64,000 nt of DNA from Malacoraja senta (taxonomy: Eukaryota), in NCBI GenBank assembly GCA_038087875.1, contig CM075990.1:17238001-17302000 (forward strand), in the 5' to 3' direction. The notes beneath the pieces were generated by a model, which was given only the letters and a program-made list of their open reading frames with translations, made no database searches and was not told where the DNA came from. A program made the translations under genes and the position numbers. Each line of letters opens with the position of its first letter. The first letter of the stretch is position 1. This document shows positions 60,984-64,000 of the stretch, one piece after another.

Positions 60984-63756
60984 GCTTCATAGAAGCCAGC
61001 CGTTTAAACACAGAGCGCGAGTGTCTGACATGTTATGTAGTGAGTCGACGATGCCTGGACTGCCTGCTCCTCATTCTCCACGCACACACAATCCTCTCTC
61101 CACCAGTGTAGGGAAAGCCACCCCCTCCCTCCCTCCCTCCACTTCCACAGGCAGGCGACCTCTCTCAGTTGATCCTTAAAGAGAACGGGCTGGCTGGAAG
61201 CGAACTCTCATCACATCTGGCACAGATGAAATCGCCCAGCTGCAGGAAGGCGGACGGAGAAACTCCACGGTTCGGCTGCAAAAGAAAGTTGCCTGAAGTT
61301 TAAAAGCAAAAGTTTGCAGTGAGTGTGAGCAGTGGCACAGCGTAGAGCTGGCTGCCTTCAACGTGTTTGTGGCAGTGGGGTTTGCAAGGGGAGGGGCATG
61401 GAGCAAGGATGGGGAGGGGAGGGAATGGGGAAGAGGAGGGAGCACTTTCATTTACAAGTGGTTGGGAACGAGCGCTGGATATGTGACTAATTCCTCAGGC
61501 ATTCCCATTTGGAGGAAATTAGCTGACATATAATCACTTCATTGCCAGCCGCTGGGGTGCAGTGCTTTCTGTTTCTGTCCCAGCGGGACTTTTGCTCAAC
61601 TTTGTTCTTTCAGTGAATTCCAGAGCAGCAGTTTTGAACGCTGCACAGGCACATCCAACATTATGTTGTTGCTGGCTGCCGACCAGCGAGGTCTAGGCTC
61701 TGGCTGCAGGAGACGTCTACACTCACTGGGTTAACCCCGGAGAGGGGGCAACTCTGGCACAGAGGAGAGCTGCTGCCTCACCGCCAGATACCCCGGTTCC
61801 ATCCTGCAAACATTGTGACCACGTGGGCTTTCTCCTGGTGCTCTCTGGATATTCCTCAGACTGGGGCTAACACAGAGGAGCTGCCCTGGGAGTAGAAACA
61901 TAAAAACATGGAATACCGGTGCAGGGCCCTTCAAGACAGCACCGCCATTCAATATGATCCTTGGCTGATCATCTAAAATCAGTACCCCGTTCCTGCTTTC
62001 TCCCCATATCCCTTGATTCCCTTAACCCTAAGAGCTAAATCTAACTTCTCTCTTGAGAACATCCAGTGAATTGGCCTCAACTGCCTTCTGTGGCAGAGAA
62101 TTCCACAGATTCACAACTCTCTGGGTGAAAATGTTTTTCCTCATCTCAGTCCCAAATGTCCTACATCATCAGGAAATTTTTTCCTGCATCTGGCCCGTCC
62201 GATCCCTTAAACATTTTATATGTTCTGTTCTTTCTGAAGAACAGTCTGAAGAAGGGTCCCGACACAAAATGGCACCCCTTCATTTCCCTCCTCAGATGCT
62301 GCCTGACCCGCTGAGTTACATTCAAACTTTCTTTAATTTTCCATTGACTTCCTTTCTGTAGGCCAATAAAGTGTTTCGGCATCAGCTTCAGATCACTCTA
62401 ACTACGGGTGCTTTCTGTACGGAGTTTGCACGTTCTCCCTGTGACCTGTGTGGGTTTTCTCCGTGATCTCCAGTTTCCTCCCACACTCCAAAGACCATAT
62501 AACCATATAACAATTACAGCACGGAAACAGGCCATCTCGGCCCTTCTAGTCCATGCCGAACACTTACTGACCTGCAGGTTTGTAGATAAACTGGCTTTGG
62601 TAAAATTGTAAATTGTCCCTAGTGCATGTCGGACAGTGTTAATGTGTGGGGCAGACTCAGTGAGCCGATAGGCCTGTTTCCATGCTGTATCTCTTAACTA
62701 AACTAAAGATAGGAAGGCTGTAATACTGAAGAGGTTGTCTTTAGCAGGAACGTTGCAGTGAGAGGTGTAGGTATAGAAAGGTTTGATGGACTATGCAGAA
62801 CAGAATGATTTAATTTGAACACCAGCCACTCTTTAGTTTAACCAAGGTTGCATCTTGCTACCACAATACTAAAGGGCAGAGTGCTTCCTCTGCTACAGTT
62901 TCAGGTGCCCACAATGGGAATGACAAATTAATGTCTATTACAGCTTTCAATGGAAAATGCCCGACATAATTTCACCGCAGACTGATAAAATTTTGTCATT
63001 ATTTCTTACATTGTTTAGCTGGCAGGGCTTTAACTGAAACACTCAGGACTGTCAGGTAATTGAATCATCCACGGTCTGTCATAGCCTGATAATCTTCACG
63101 TTAGAAATTTCATTTTTCAGAATGATGATTGATCATGCTGACGGGAGGAGATTATGACAAATTGTCCAGACAGAGACAATGGATTAATCAACCCAGGGTA
63201 GTGGAATCACAGGAGGGGAGGCAGAGGCTGCGGAGAGCTGCCTTATATTCTCCCCCTCACACCAGATCACTCTTACCTCCCCCATTAGACGATATTGGCC
63301 CGATTTGTGCGGGGTTACCTCTGAGAGACTTGCCCTCTCACCCGGGGCTGGAAGGACAGGCAGCACCCTGACCCAGAGAGGAATAGGCCCGACTGAACAA
63401 GACAAAGGTCACACTGTGGACTGAGCTAATGGGTAAACTGGACAAAATGCAGCCAAACTCTGGGACACTGACCCAAGAAATGGGTATTTCTGAAGACAGG
63501 AGCTGGCTGTATTCCTCGGGCCCTGCCTGTGTTCTGACCCGCAGTAAGTCACTGCCTCAAACTAGACACTGCCATTAATCGGCACTGAACTGTCTTATTG
63601 CCAGCACCATTACACAGATTATTCAGTGGATTTGACCACTAATTATTTACTGTGGACCAGGAGGTATTTGTAGAGTCAACAATATTTGTCACCAGTATGT
63701 TTCTGCCAAACACATAGTGGTTTTGCCACACTAAATGCCATGCAATTAGCCAATAA

Positions 63757-64000
63757 ACAATAGATAATAGACAATAGACAATAGGTGCAGGAGTAGGCCA
63801 TTTGGCCCTTCGAGCCAGCACCGCCACTCAATGTGATCATGGCTGATCATCCCCAATCAGTACCCCGTTCCTGCCTTCTCCCCATATCCCCTGACTCCGC
63901 TATCTTTAAGAGCCCTATCTAGCTCTCTCTTGAAAGTATCCAGAGAACCGGCCTCCACCGCCCTCTGAGGCAGAGAATTCCACAAATTCACAACTCTCTG
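63757..64000 (-). mobile_element. Young CR1/HER1 3' end, cut by window edge
   Basis: (CAATAGA)n tail and high similarity to 12063-12350. Confidence 0.85.

Noticed and set aside
61381..61441. G-run cluster upstream of VSTM4 (possible G-quadruplex)
   Set aside because: Purine-rich low complexity is common in this window and nothing supports a function.

Overview
Eukaryotic genomic DNA, not prokaryotic. The repeat content (HE1-type V-SINEs, HER1/CR1 LINEs, Penelope-like repeats) points to a cartilaginous fish, probably a skate or ray (inferred). Two convergent protein-coding genes can be rebuilt exon by exon with GT-AG junctions and consistent phases. (1) The last 7 coding exons of WDFY4 (+ strand, 1-12448): WD40 C-terminus ending ...WSVEG*, no FYVE domain. 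(2) A complete 8-exon VSTM4 (- strand, 60983-35480): 972 nt, 323 aa, with signal peptide, one IgV domain, a TM helix and an ITIM+ITSM-like tail. The rest is introns and intergenic DNA packed with nested transposons: CR1/HER1, HE1, a 5'-truncated L1 with a 19-bp TSD, L2, Rex1, a Gypsy LTR remnant, hAT elements, palindromic MITEs and large CA microsatellites. The most interesting non-coding signal is a very abundant repeat that can be tied directly to Penelope-like element (PLE) 3' ends and carries a minimal hammerhead-ribozyme-like core (CTGAAGA-A-stemII-GAAACGTC). It occurs as solo, palindromic and tandem derivatives. Most ORFs in the supplied track are repeat or microsatellite artefacts. Family assignments come from motif recognition only; no database searches were run.
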